NCBI GenBank assembly: GCA_049325335.1
Contig: JBMOMC010000006.1
Location: forward strand, 64,001 to 128,000
Origin: Nitrospirota bacterium
GTDB lineage: Bacteria; Nitrospirota; Nitrospiria; 2-01-FULL-66-17
DNA length: 64,000 nucleotides
Direction: 5' to 3'
Under the pieces are notes generated by a model, which was given only the letters and a program-made list of their open reading frames with translations, ran no database searches and was not told the origin of the DNA. Every line of letters starts with the position of its first letter. Within the stretch, counting starts at the first letter, position 1. Below are positions 1-8,438 of this stretch, piece by piece. Both the position numbers and the translations under genes were made by a program.

Positions 1-762
1 GTCTCTTCTGTCGACGGGCGGAAGAAAGACGACTCGATCTGCGATACCGGCAACAAGGGTAAGTTCTTTCCCCACAAGGCCAATACCTATCCATGGGCTA
101 TCGAATCCACCATTTGGACAGCGGGCTATGAACGGGCCCTCCAAGATTTGTTCCGTGGGTCTGGTGATCTGTTCTCTGAGTGGATTGAGATGTTTCTGAA
201 GCGCCCACGAATATCCCAGTTCCCGAAACCACAGAAGATATGCCGAGGTCAGAAAGCCAATCGCAATCAGCCGTTGTTTTTCCTCTTCCAGGATCGGAAT
301 CGGTACGGTAACGGTGAGGTGGCCAGGGCGAGCGGCTTGCAGTTCTTCTAGTCGTCTCAGCGAATCTGGAGAGGTCTTGTCTGCCCAAATAAGAAATTGG
401 AGGCCAGTCGCAGGCGTAAACTCGAAACTGCCACTAACCCGTATACCCGAGACTTCAAAATAGCCTCTTGTCAGTCTTGTGTTTAGGACAGACTGCTGAC
501 CGTCTCTTCGCAGTCTTAGGTACTCTCCGAACCATTTATCCTGCCGAGTTCCGAACGTACTGTTGCATCGTCTACAGATAAGGGTCTTCAGCGTCCCCCC
601 TGCGACGCGTGGGATGACGTGAGCCTCGCTAATTTCGTCAGGTTGATCACCCGGAATCGAATTGAGACAAGTCGGGCAGAGAAAATGGCCTGCGAATTGC
701 GGATGGAACAAAGCGAAGCTTCTTGCAAGCTCTGAAATGACTCTCTGTTTCGTCCGTTTCAT
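1..762 (-). CDS. HNH endonuclease family protein (3' end runs off the window start)
   Basis: Hand translation from ATG at 762 is open to position 1: MKRTKQRVISELARSFALFHPQFAGHFLCPTCLNSIP...EISEAHVIPRVAGGTLKTLICRRCNSTFGTRQDKW; CxxC, HxxP..GG and CxxCN pattern of Zn-binding HNH nucleases. Not in ORF track. Confidence 0.8.
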   Translation of the reverse strand, partial: MKRTKQRVISELARSFALFHPQFAGHFLCPTCLNSIPGDQPDEISEAHVIPRVAGGTLKTLICRRCNSTFGTRQDKWFGEYLRLRRDGQQSVLNTRLTRGYFEVSGIRVSGSFEFTPATGLQFLIWADKTSPDSLRRLEELQAARPGHLTVTVPIPILEEEKQRLIAIGFLTSAYLLWFRELGYSWALQKHLNPLREQITRPTEQILEGPFIARCPNGGFDSPWIGIGLVGKELTLVAGIADRVVFLPPVDRRD

Positions 763-1251
763 GTTGTCGAGAACAGACCCCGCTTACCAGAGTCCCACTT
801 GCGCGCTACATCTGAGCAGCTCGCGTAGATCGTCGAGCAAGGACACGCCAGCATAGACTCTAGCCGAGCTGACAGTCAAGAAATCGCCGAAGAACAGCGT
901 TACGAGGGCTCTCCCCCGGTGTATGCTGCTTCCGGATTAGAACGCTCATGCGGAAATCCCGAAGTTCCCATCGACGCTCATGGGCTCCAGCGCGTGTCCG
1001 TCGGGCGCGCGTCACGCCAAATCCGGATTCACGCTGGCCGGTTTCCTGCGTTCGAGCCCGCGTCTCTCCCGGTATGATCACTGCGAGCGCCTAGCGCCTT
1101 CCGCGCTTCGGGCCTTTCGAGAAGCGGTCAGAGGCGGCCTTTTCGCCGCACGGCGTGTCCGGCACTGTCCTCATCACGGCCGGAAGGCGTGAATTCTGGC
1201 CGCTCCGGGAGGCATGGTTCTGGCAGTTTCTCTCTGCGACCTGTTTGCGTC

Positions 1252-1758
1252 ATGGATGACGTGCCAACGCCGGGTGAGAAATACAAGGCCCTGAAGGAAC
1301 GGCTCTGGAACCAACCGCGTCCTCGCCAGATTCTGGAGCGACTCGAGCAGCACCGCGCCAGCCCCCCGATGTTGGAAACCGTGGCGCAGACCTTTGTGAA
1401 TGGGCGGCACGGGGAGGCGGAGATCAGATCGGCCATCTACAGCGAGCTGCTCCGCAATCGCGACCGGACCGCGGTTCTCAAACGAATCGGCGATCTCCGC
1501 CACTGCCTTATGAAGATTCAACAGGATCTGTCCCACGTCGCGCGCGAGTTGCATCAACTCAAGGTCTGGGAGGGACACCGCGTCTTGGGATACGAGTCCT
1601 GGGGCGACTGTCTCGAGAAGGAGTTGGAGTTGTCCGATCAGGTGGCGAGGATGCTGTTCTTGGCGGAGGAGCAGGGGGAGCGGGCCACGTTCGACGCGTT
1701 CGTGCGGACGCTCATCAAAGGCTACGCGGCGACCCGGCCGGCCGTGGCGGTGAAATGA
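1252..1758 (+). CDS. Hypothetical protein, helical, with GYESW..LEKELELS...ARM segment reminiscent of DUF3102-like DNA-binding proteins
   Basis: ORF 1189..1758; ATG 1252 preferred; stop overlaps next start (ATGA). Confidence 0.55.
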   Translation: MDDVPTPGEKYKALKERLWNQPRPRQILERLEQHRASPPMLETVAQTFVNGRHGEAEIRSAIYSELLRNRDRTAVLKRIGDLRHCLMKIQQDLSHVARELHQLKVWEGHRVLGYESWGDCLEKELELSDQVARMLFLAEEQGERATFDAFVRTLIKGYAATRPAVAVK

Positions 1759-2195
1759 ACGAGGAACTGCCCGAGGCTTGGTGCTGGGAACGGTTACGGA
1801 GTCTTCGCTGGCCGGCCCGTGTGGTCTGCCCCCACTGTCGCCGACCCGCAGGCCGGCATCATCGAAGGCGGCATGCGCTGTACTACCGGTGCGCGCGGTG
1901 CCAGCGAGTGTTCTCCGACCTCACCGGTACGCCATTCCAGGGCAGCCCGCTGCCGCTGGCGTGTTGGTTTCGAGCCATTGCGTGGCAAATGATGAGTGAG
2001 TCCGGCAGCGCCGCTGCGCTCGCTGAGGCGGTTGGTGTGGACCACCGAACCGCAAGGAAGATGCAGCATCGGCTTGCCATGCTTGACCGTGATCCGTTGT
2101 TGCGGGCCATCGGAACGAGCGTGCTCTGTCAGAGGCCGGAGTCACATGTGCACATCGGAGTGGGTTTTGACACCGTGTCAAAACCCACTCCGTAA
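1755..2195 (+). CDS. IS1595-type zinc-ribbon + HTH protein lacking the DDE transposase domain
   Basis: LRWP..VVCPHC...YRCARCQRVFSDLTGTPFQGSPLPL..WF.AI...AAALAEAVGVDHRTARKMQHRL matches the N-terminus of IS1595-family transposases; only 146 aa. Confidence 0.7.
   Translation: MNEELPEAWCWERLRSLRWPARVVCPHCRRPAGRHHRRRHALYYRCARCQRVFSDLTGTPFQGSPLPLACWFRAIAWQMMSESGSAAALAEAVGVDHRTARKMQHRLAMLDRDPLLRAIGTSVLCQRPESHVHIGVGFDTVSKPTP
2156..2192. repeat. Perfect 37-bp palindrome (18-bp arms, 1-nt centre), candidate operator/parS-like site
   Basis: cggagtgggttttgacac-c-gtgtcaaaacccactccg, ending 24 bp before the ParB-like start. Confidence 0.85.
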
Positions 2196-2216
2196 TGCTT
2201 CGCGCAGGAGAGTGAG

Positions 2217-3608
2217 ATGAGCATCGAGCAACAGAGTGAGCATCGCGAGATGGACCGGCTCATCGAACAATACGTCGCGGATCCGCAGAGCCTTTCGTTG
2301 GAGGAGCAGCGACGGATCTACGACCACTTTCTCAAACGCGTTGGGGCGGACGATACCGAATGCGAGCAATTGAAGCTCGCGCTGCAGGCGGTCGATCAGG
2401 CATTGGACAGGGCCAGGCAAGGGGATGCGGCCTATCGGGTCACGCCACGGGGGACGTACTGGCGTCGCGACGCGGAGATGAAACTGGTGCCGATCGACGC
2501 CCTGTTTCCTAGCGACGACAATCAGGACCTGTTTCGGGACATGGAGGGTGAGGACTTCGAGCAGCTCAAGGGCTCCATTCAAGAACTTGGCGTGATCGAG
2601 CCGTTGATCGTGGACGAAGATATGCGGCTCATCTGCGGGCACCAGCGACTGCGGGCGGCCAAGGCTGTGGGCCTGCCATCGGTCCCGGTGGTGATCCGGT
2701 CTGTGGGAGAAGCCGAGACCCGGGCCATGATCACGATCGAAGAGAACATCCGCCGGCGCCAACTCCAACCCTCCGAGATGGCTCGAGCGATCAAGAAATT
2801 GACGGAACTCAAGACCCGCGCCGGACAGGTGGCGGAAACCGTTGGGCTGTCCGACCGCCAGGTCCAGCGCTATCGCAGTCTCTCGGACCTCATCCCCGAG
2901 CTGTCGGTCCTGCTGGACGGCGGCACGCTGACGCAGCACGTGGCGATCCAATTGGCCCAGTTGGATGAGACGGCTCAGCGCGAGTTGTACCACGCCATGA
3001 AGGACCGGATGGCCAGGACCTTGGAGGGGCAAAAGGCGGTCGAGTTCGAAACGATGCACGCCGGGCTTTTGAAGGAACTGGACGGGCTGTCCGCCGAGGT
3101 GAAGAGTATCACGCAGCGCGACGGCGAGCTGACCGCGCATCTGACCGAATTGCAGCAGCGCCTCGATCGGGCGGAGGGTCAGGTCGGGGGCGAGATCAAG
3201 GCGAAGAAGCTCTTGGAGGAAGAGCTGGAAAAAGTCCGTGCCGAGATGTACCGGAAGGTCCAGGAGAAGCAGGCGCTGATCGACAAGCTGACGAAGAACA
3301 CGGAACCGACGGTCGTTCCGCCCGCTGATTACCAGGCCCTCAAGGCTGAGAACGTCAAACTCAAGGCTGCGCTGAAGGAACGCGGCGAGTCCGTCGCGAA
3401 AGCAACGCCACAGGCCGGCGCCGTCGTGGCCGAACTGGATGCCCTCATCGGCACCCGGTTATTGGCGATCGATCCCGAGGCCCTCACTCGGAATATCTCA
3501 CCCGCTGTAAAAGATCAGCTCCAATCCCTCCTGCGAAAACTGGAGGCCTGGATCGCAGGCGTCAAGCAGCGCCTCGGCGCTCCTCGAATCGCCAGCAAGA
3601 AGTCGTGA
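2217..3608 (+). CDS. ParB/Srx-domain protein with HTH and long C-terminal coiled coil
   Basis: LKGSIQELGVIEPLIVD..LICGHQRLRAAK, EENIRRRQL, HTH AGQVAETVGLSDRQVQRY, then E/K/Q-rich heptads. Confidence 0.8.
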   Translation: MSIEQQSEHREMDRLIEQYVADPQSLSLEEQRRIYDHFLKRVGADDTECEQLKLALQAVDQALDRARQGDAAYRVTPRGTYWRRDAEMKLVPIDALFPSDDNQDLFRDMEGEDFEQLKGSIQELGVIEPLIVDEDMRLICGHQRLRAAKAVGLPSVPVVIRSVGEAETRAMITIEENIRRRQLQPSEMARAIKKLTELKTRAGQVAETVGLSDRQVQRYRSLSDLIPELSVLLDGGTLTQHVAIQLAQLDETAQRELYHAMKDRMARTLEGQKAVEFETMHAGLLKELDGLSAEVKSITQRDGELTAHLTELQQRLDRAEGQVGGEIKAKKLLEEELEKVRAEMYRKVQEKQALIDKLTKNTEPTVVPPADYQALKAENVKLKAALKERGESVAKATPQAGAVVAELDALIGTRLLAIDPEALTRNISPAVKDQLQSLLRKLEAWIAGVKQRLGAPRIASKKS

Positions 3609-3615
3609 GGTCGTC

Positions 3616-4125
3616 GTGTCGCCGCTCGATCCCGACGACGAGCCGACCGACAAGGATTCAGCCCCGCAACTGTTCTCCGACGAAGAACGCGACCTCCTCG
3701 TGAAACGCCTGGCGCTCTGCGGCCTTCCCACGCGGGAAATCGTCCGCATCACGGCTGCGTCCGGCCGAACCGTGGCCCGTATCATCCAGCGGTGGGGGAT
3801 CCGGCGGCCCAGACCGGGGTACCGGTCAGTCGCGAGAATGCGACGAGCGCAACGCCTCACCGAGATCCTCACCGGTTATTACGCCCTGAACGAGGTCACG
3901 CTCGATTCGCTCGATCGCTTGGCCAGAGAGCACGGCCTCTCGGTCAAGGAGCTGTTCGATCTGATCCGCGAGAACGTGTCGCCATCCCGCTGGGCGATCC
4001 GCGCCTGCCTGGCCTGCGGGCAAGTGGCCCTGACGTCGTCGGCGGCTGATCGGTATTGCTTGGCGTGCAAGGGCACGGTGAAGAAAGCGCGGGGGAAAGT
4101 AGACGAGGCGGTTCTTTACGAGTAA
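3616..4125 (+). CDS. Hypothetical HTH protein with C-terminal Cys4 zinc finger
   Basis: GLPTREIVRITAASGRTVARII (HTH-like); CLACG...YCLACK; starts 7 bp after the ParB-like stop. Confidence 0.6.
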   Translation: MSPLDPDDEPTDKDSAPQLFSDEERDLLVKRLALCGLPTREIVRITAASGRTVARIIQRWGIRRPRPGYRSVARMRRAQRLTEILTGYYALNEVTLDSLDRLAREHGLSVKELFDLIRENVSPSRWAIRACLACGQVALTSSAADRYCLACKGTVKKARGKVDEAVLYE

Positions 4126-4275
4126 TCGGCGTCGTGGTTTGCATCAACAAATTTCCGGTGCAATTGTCGTCTTGCATCACTGAGCAGGCACATACTGACG
4201 TGTAAATCTTAGGGAAACGCTGCCCAGTTTTTGGGCGATGTGCTCGGGCCACGATCATCAGGGCTCTCCACTCGT

Positions 4276-4321
4276 GTTCCCACAAGCTGTCCACACGATT
4301 TTTCACAGCATCTGTGGAGGA
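4276..4321. promoter_or_regulatory. Cluster of DnaA-box-like 9-mers, candidate replication origin or DnaA-regulated site
   Basis: gttcccaca 4276, ctgtccaca 4287, tttttcaca 4299 (fits TTWTNCACA), inverted tgtggagga 4313; preceded by an AT-richer intergenic stretch. Confidence 0.4.
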
Positions 4322-4453
4322 GATTCTTGCGATCAAAGGGCACGGACGGGTGGTTTCCTTGACCCGTGGAGCCGCGACGGGCTATGCTGCGGTGCGGTTT
4401 TCGAGGGGCCTGCCTTGCCTGAACCCGGTTCCAGCGCCGTCGAGCGCGCATCG

Positions 4454-7303
4454 TTGTCCATCACGTCCTACCACGCCAAGTTTCTCGCCCATGAGCTGAC
4501 CAAACGCTGTGCCTCCGATACCATCGAGAAACTCGCCGGCGCGTTGGTGGACGCCCAGGTGGACCTCAATCCGCACCAGGTCGAAGCGGCCCTGTTCGCT
4601 TTCCGATCGCCGCTGTCCAAGGGCGCGCTGCTCGCCGACGAAGTCGGGTTGGGGAAGACGATCGAGGCCGGTCTGGTGCTCTCGCAGAAATGGGCGGAGC
4701 GAAAGCGGCGAGTCTTGGTGATCACGCCCTCCAATCTCCGCAAACAGTGGCATCAGGAGTTGACCGAGAAATTCTTCCTCCCGTGTCATATTTTGGAAAC
4801 CAAGTCGTACAAGGAAGCGATCAAACAGGGGCGGCCGCATCCGTTTCACGCCGACGCGATCATTATCTGCTCCTACCAATTCGCCCGCGGCAAGGCGGCT
4901 GACATCAGTTCGATCCCGTGGGACCTGGTTGTCATCGACGAGGCCCACCGACTGCGAAACGTCTACAAGCCGTCGAACATCATCGCGAATACGCTCAAAG
5001 AGGCGCTCAAACACGCTCCCAAGCTGCTGCTGACCGCCACGCCGCTCCAAAATTCCCTGCTGGAATTATTCGGCCTGGTGAGTTTCGTCGATGAACACGC
5101 GTTCGGGGATCTGAAGAGTTTTCGCGAACAATTTGCCTCGGTGAACGATCCCGCGGTCTTCGGCGCCCTCAGGGCGAGGCTCCGGCCGCTCTGCCATCGG
5201 ACGTTGCGGCGCCAGGTTCTTCCGTACGTGCGGTATACGAAGCGGCTGCCCATCGTCCAACCCTTTACGCCGGAGGAGGGCGAGGATCGGCTCTATCATT
5301 TGGTCTCCGACTACCTCCGTCGCGACAATCTGCAAGCCCTACCGTCAAGCCAGCGCACGCTCATGACGCTGGTGTTGCGGAAGCTGCTGGCCTCATCAAC
5401 GTTCGCGATCGCCGGGGCCCTTGAGACATTAAGCGGACGGCTTCAGGAGCGGTTGAAAGCGCAGGAGCCCGCGCAGCCCCTGGAAGACGAGTTGGACCAG
5501 GATTACGAAGCGCTCGACGAAACGGCCGAGGAGTGGTCCGAGAACGGAGGCCCTGAACCAATGTCAGCCGCCGATCGTGAAGCGATCGGGCGCGAGATCG
5601 CTGACTTGGACCGGTTCCGGGAACTGGCGGTCTCGATCACCCACAACGCCAAGGGCAAAGCCCTGCTCGTGGCGCTTGAGCGCGCCTTCACCGAGGCTGA
5701 CCGACTGAGAGCGCCGCGCAAAGCGATCATCTTCACCGAGTCGCGCCGCACGCAGGACTACTTGCTCCGAGTCCTGGCGGACGGGCCGTATCGCGACAAG
5801 ATCGTGCTCTTTAACGGCTCCAACACCGACGAAGGGTCTCGTCGCATCTATGCCGAGTGGGTCGAGCGGCATACCGGCACCGACCGCGTGACCGGCTCGC
5901 GCACCGCGGACATGCGCTCCGCGTTGGTCGACTATTTCAGAGAGCAAGGCCAGATCATGATTGCGACCGAGGCGGGGGCGGAGGGCATCAATCTCCAGTT
6001 CTGCGCGCTCGTGGTGAACTACGACCTGCCCTGGAACCCCCAGCGCATCGAACAGCGAATCGGCCGCTGCCATCGCTACGGCCAACAACACGACGTCGTG
6101 GTAGTTAACTTCCTGAATCAGACGAACGAGGCCGATCAACGCGTGTTCAGAATTCTGTCCGAAAAGTTCCGGCTCTTCGATGGCGTATTCGGCGCGAGCG
6201 ACGAAGTGCTCGGCGCCATCGAATCGGGCGTGGATTTCGAAAAGCGCATCGCGGACATCTACCAGCGCTGCCGGAAGCCGGAAGAGATCAACAATGCCTT
6301 CGACCAGCTTCAACTCGACCTGAGCACCCAGATCAACGACGCCATCACGAAAACGCGTCAACAACTGCTGGAGCACTTCGACGACGAAGTGCGGGAAAAA
6401 CTCCGCGTGAGCGACGAGAGTTCGCGCCAGTACCTGAATTATTTTGAGCGGATGTTGATGCGTCTCACCCGGTACGAACTCACTGGTCACACTGAGTTCC
6501 TCAGCGATTCGGCATTCCGCCTGAACGCCTGTCCGTTCGAAGGCGACATCCCGCTCGGCCTCTATGAACTCCCGCGTCGGTCGGGTGAAGCCCATTTCTA
6601 CCGCATGGGCCATCCACTGGCACAACGGATCCTTGACCAAGCCAAGAACCGCCCGCTGGCGCCCGCTCAAGTGGTCTTCGACCTGAGCCAATACGATGGG
6701 AAGGTCAGCGTCTTAGAACCGTTCCTCGGTCAGTCGGGCAGTCTCATGCTCGCTTTGCTCACGGTCGAATCCCTCGACCAGGCGGAAGATTATCTGCTCG
6801 TCGGCGCGGTGACTGATGACGGAAGAACGTTGGATGAGGACGCCGCACGCCGGTTGTTCGCCTTGCCGGGGCGCGTAGTCAAAGAGCTTGCTGGCGAGGG
6901 AGGCGACGCGGGATTGGAGGAGATCCTCCATCGGCGGCAAGAAACCATTCAGCGGACAATCGCGCAGCGCAATGCGGCGTTTTTCGAGGTGGAGGCGGAA
7001 AAGTTAGACGGCTGGGCCGATGATCTCAAAGTGGGCCTTGAGCGGGAGATCAAGGAAATGGATCGCCAGATCAAGGACGCCCGGAGGGCTGCGGCCGCAT
7101 CGCTGACCCTGGAGGAAAAGCTGGCGGGGCAAAAGGACGTCAAGGCTTTGGAAGGCCAGCGCAGCGCCAAGCGGCGGGCATTGTTCGATGCGCAGGATGC
7201 TATTGATCAGAGGCGCGAGCAGTTGATCGCAGAGATCGAGGGAAAGTTGCAACAGCGCGTGACACGGACAGGACTCTTTTCCATTCAATGGGTCCTAACG
7301 TGA
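4454..7303 (+). CDS. SNF2-family (RapA-like) helicase associated with type III R-M
   Basis: LLADEVGLGKT, VIDEAH, LLTATP, ATEAGAEGINLQ, YDLPWNPQRIEQRIGRCHRYGQ; C-terminal coiled coil; TTG 4454 preferred over 4238. Confidence 0.9.
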   Translation: MSITSYHAKFLAHELTKRCASDTIEKLAGALVDAQVDLNPHQVEAALFAFRSPLSKGALLADEVGLGKTIEAGLVLSQKWAERKRRVLVITPSNLRKQWHQELTEKFFLPCHILETKSYKEAIKQGRPHPFHADAIIICSYQFARGKAADISSIPWDLVVIDEAHRLRNVYKPSNIIANTLKEALKHAPKLLLTATPLQNSLLELFGLVSFVDEHAFGDLKSFREQFASVNDPAVFGALRARLRPLCHRTLRRQVLPYVRYTKRLPIVQPFTPEEGEDRLYHLVSDYLRRDNLQALPSSQRTLMTLVLRKLLASSTFAIAGALETLSGRLQERLKAQEPAQPLEDELDQDYEALDETAEEWSENGGPEPMSAADREAIGREIADLDRFRELAVSITHNAKGKALLVALERAFTEADRLRAPRKAIIFTESRRTQDYLLRVLADGPYRDKIVLFNGSNTDEGSRRIYAEWVERHTGTDRVTGSRTADMRSALVDYFREQGQIMIATEAGAEGINLQFCALVVNYDLPWNPQRIEQRIGRCHRYGQQHDVVVVNFLNQTNEADQRVFRILSEKFRLFDGVFGASDEVLGAIESGVDFEKRIADIYQRCRKPEEINNAFDQLQLDLSTQINDAITKTRQQLLEHFDDEVREKLRVSDESSRQYLNYFERMLMRLTRYELTGHTEFLSDSAFRLNACPFEGDIPLGLYELPRRSGEAHFYRMGHPLAQRILDQAKNRPLAPAQVVFDLSQYDGKVSVLEPFLGQSGSLMLALLTVESLDQAEDYLLVGAVTDDGRTLDEDAARRLFALPGRVVKELAGEGGDAGLEEILHRRQETIQRTIAQRNAAFFEVEAEKLDGWADDLKVGLEREIKEMDRQIKDARRAAAASLTLEEKLAGQKDVKALEGQRSAKRRALFDAQDAIDQRREQLIAEIEGKLQQRVTRTGLFSIQWVLT

Positions 7304-7448
7304 TCATGATCTCTAAGTCCTTCAATCAGTCCGATTGATGCGATTGAACGGTGCTATTGAAACCGGTATGCTAGGCCCGTTTGGGACTCTGTAGAAAGGG
7401 TGCTGAGCGGCTTTGGCCAAACCGCCCAAGGAGCGCATCAGTCCGCAG

Positions 7449-8423
7449 ATGGCACGATCTGATCTTCTCATATCGCTGGTCAAGACAGGGCGGGACAGTT
7501 CTAATCCGCGTTTCCGTCGCGCGGTCGAAGCCCTGATCGCAGAGGAGCGCGCTAAGAAGCACAATATGCTTGCAGACCAACTCGCCGCCGCTTACACTGA
7601 CCAATCTACGAACGGTCCGCCACGGCCCCTAAGTGCGCCGTCGGGAACCGTAGCCGATTTGGTGTACGAGATTGCTTCCGACCGTAGGCTCGACAGCCTC
7701 GTCTTGCCTCAGATAGTGGCCCAAGAGTGTCGGAGTCTGATCGAGGAGCATCGGCGTGCCGACCTTCTGCGTTCCTTTGGTCTTGCGCCGCGCCATCGTG
7801 TCCTTCTCGTCGGCCCACCCGGCAATGGAAAAACGTCTCTTGCAGAGTCACTGGCTCACGAGTTGATGGTCCCATTGCTGGCCATTCGATACGAAGGCCT
7901 TATCGGCAGCTACCTGGGCGAGACAGCGGCACGTCTGCGGAAAGTCTTTGATTATGCCCGACAGCGAGCGTGTTTGCTGTTTTTTGACGAATTCGAGACG
8001 CTGGGCAAAGAACGCGGTGATGAACACGAAACTGGAGAGATCAAGCGCGTGGTCAGCACGCTTCTACTGCAAATTGATAGCCTTCCTCCGCATGTTGTGG
8101 TGGTTACCGCGACAAACCATCGCGAGTTGTTGGACCGTGCGGTCTGGCGTCGCTTTCAACTTCGTCTTGAGCTGCCTAGTCCGACGAAGAGACAGGTGAC
8201 GCAATTCCTCGATCGTTTGTTCGCACAATTGGAGTTCGCGCGTACTCTGCCGGTAAGTACTTTCGCGGAGTCATTCCGCAGCGCGAGCTATTCCGAAATC
8301 GAGGACTTTGTGCGTGATCTTGCTCGTCGCTATGTTCTTGCAATTCCGAATGGCGACGTACGAAAGATCGCACGGGATCTGCTCGCCGCGTGGAAAGCTC
8401 GAGCGGGTTCCGAATCTCGATAA
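7449..8423 (+). CDS. ietA: AAA+ ATPase, IetA-like
   Basis: GPPGNGKT Walker A, FFDEFE Walker B, ATNH.ELLDRAVWRRF SRH; directly upstream of S8 protease. Confidence 0.8.
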   Translation: MARSDLLISLVKTGRDSSNPRFRRAVEALIAEERAKKHNMLADQLAAAYTDQSTNGPPRPLSAPSGTVADLVYEIASDRRLDSLVLPQIVAQECRSLIEEHRRADLLRSFGLAPRHRVLLVGPPGNGKTSLAESLAHELMVPLLAIRYEGLIGSYLGETAARLRKVFDYARQRACLLFFDEFETLGKERGDEHETGEIKRVVSTLLLQIDSLPPHVVVVTATNHRELLDRAVWRRFQLRLELPSPTKRQVTQFLDRLFAQLEFARTLPVSTFAESFRSASYSEIEDFVRDLARRYVLAIPNGDVRKIARDLLAAWKARAGSESR

Positions 8424-8438
8424 TCCAGGGGCACCCCA

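Noticed and set aside
905..1080. Iteron-like short repeats (acgctcatg twice, tccggatt twice, ctctccc twice)
   Set aside because: Too short and irregularly spaced to distinguish from chance
1755..2195. Active IS1595 element
   Set aside because: No catalytic domain, terminal repeats or target duplication found
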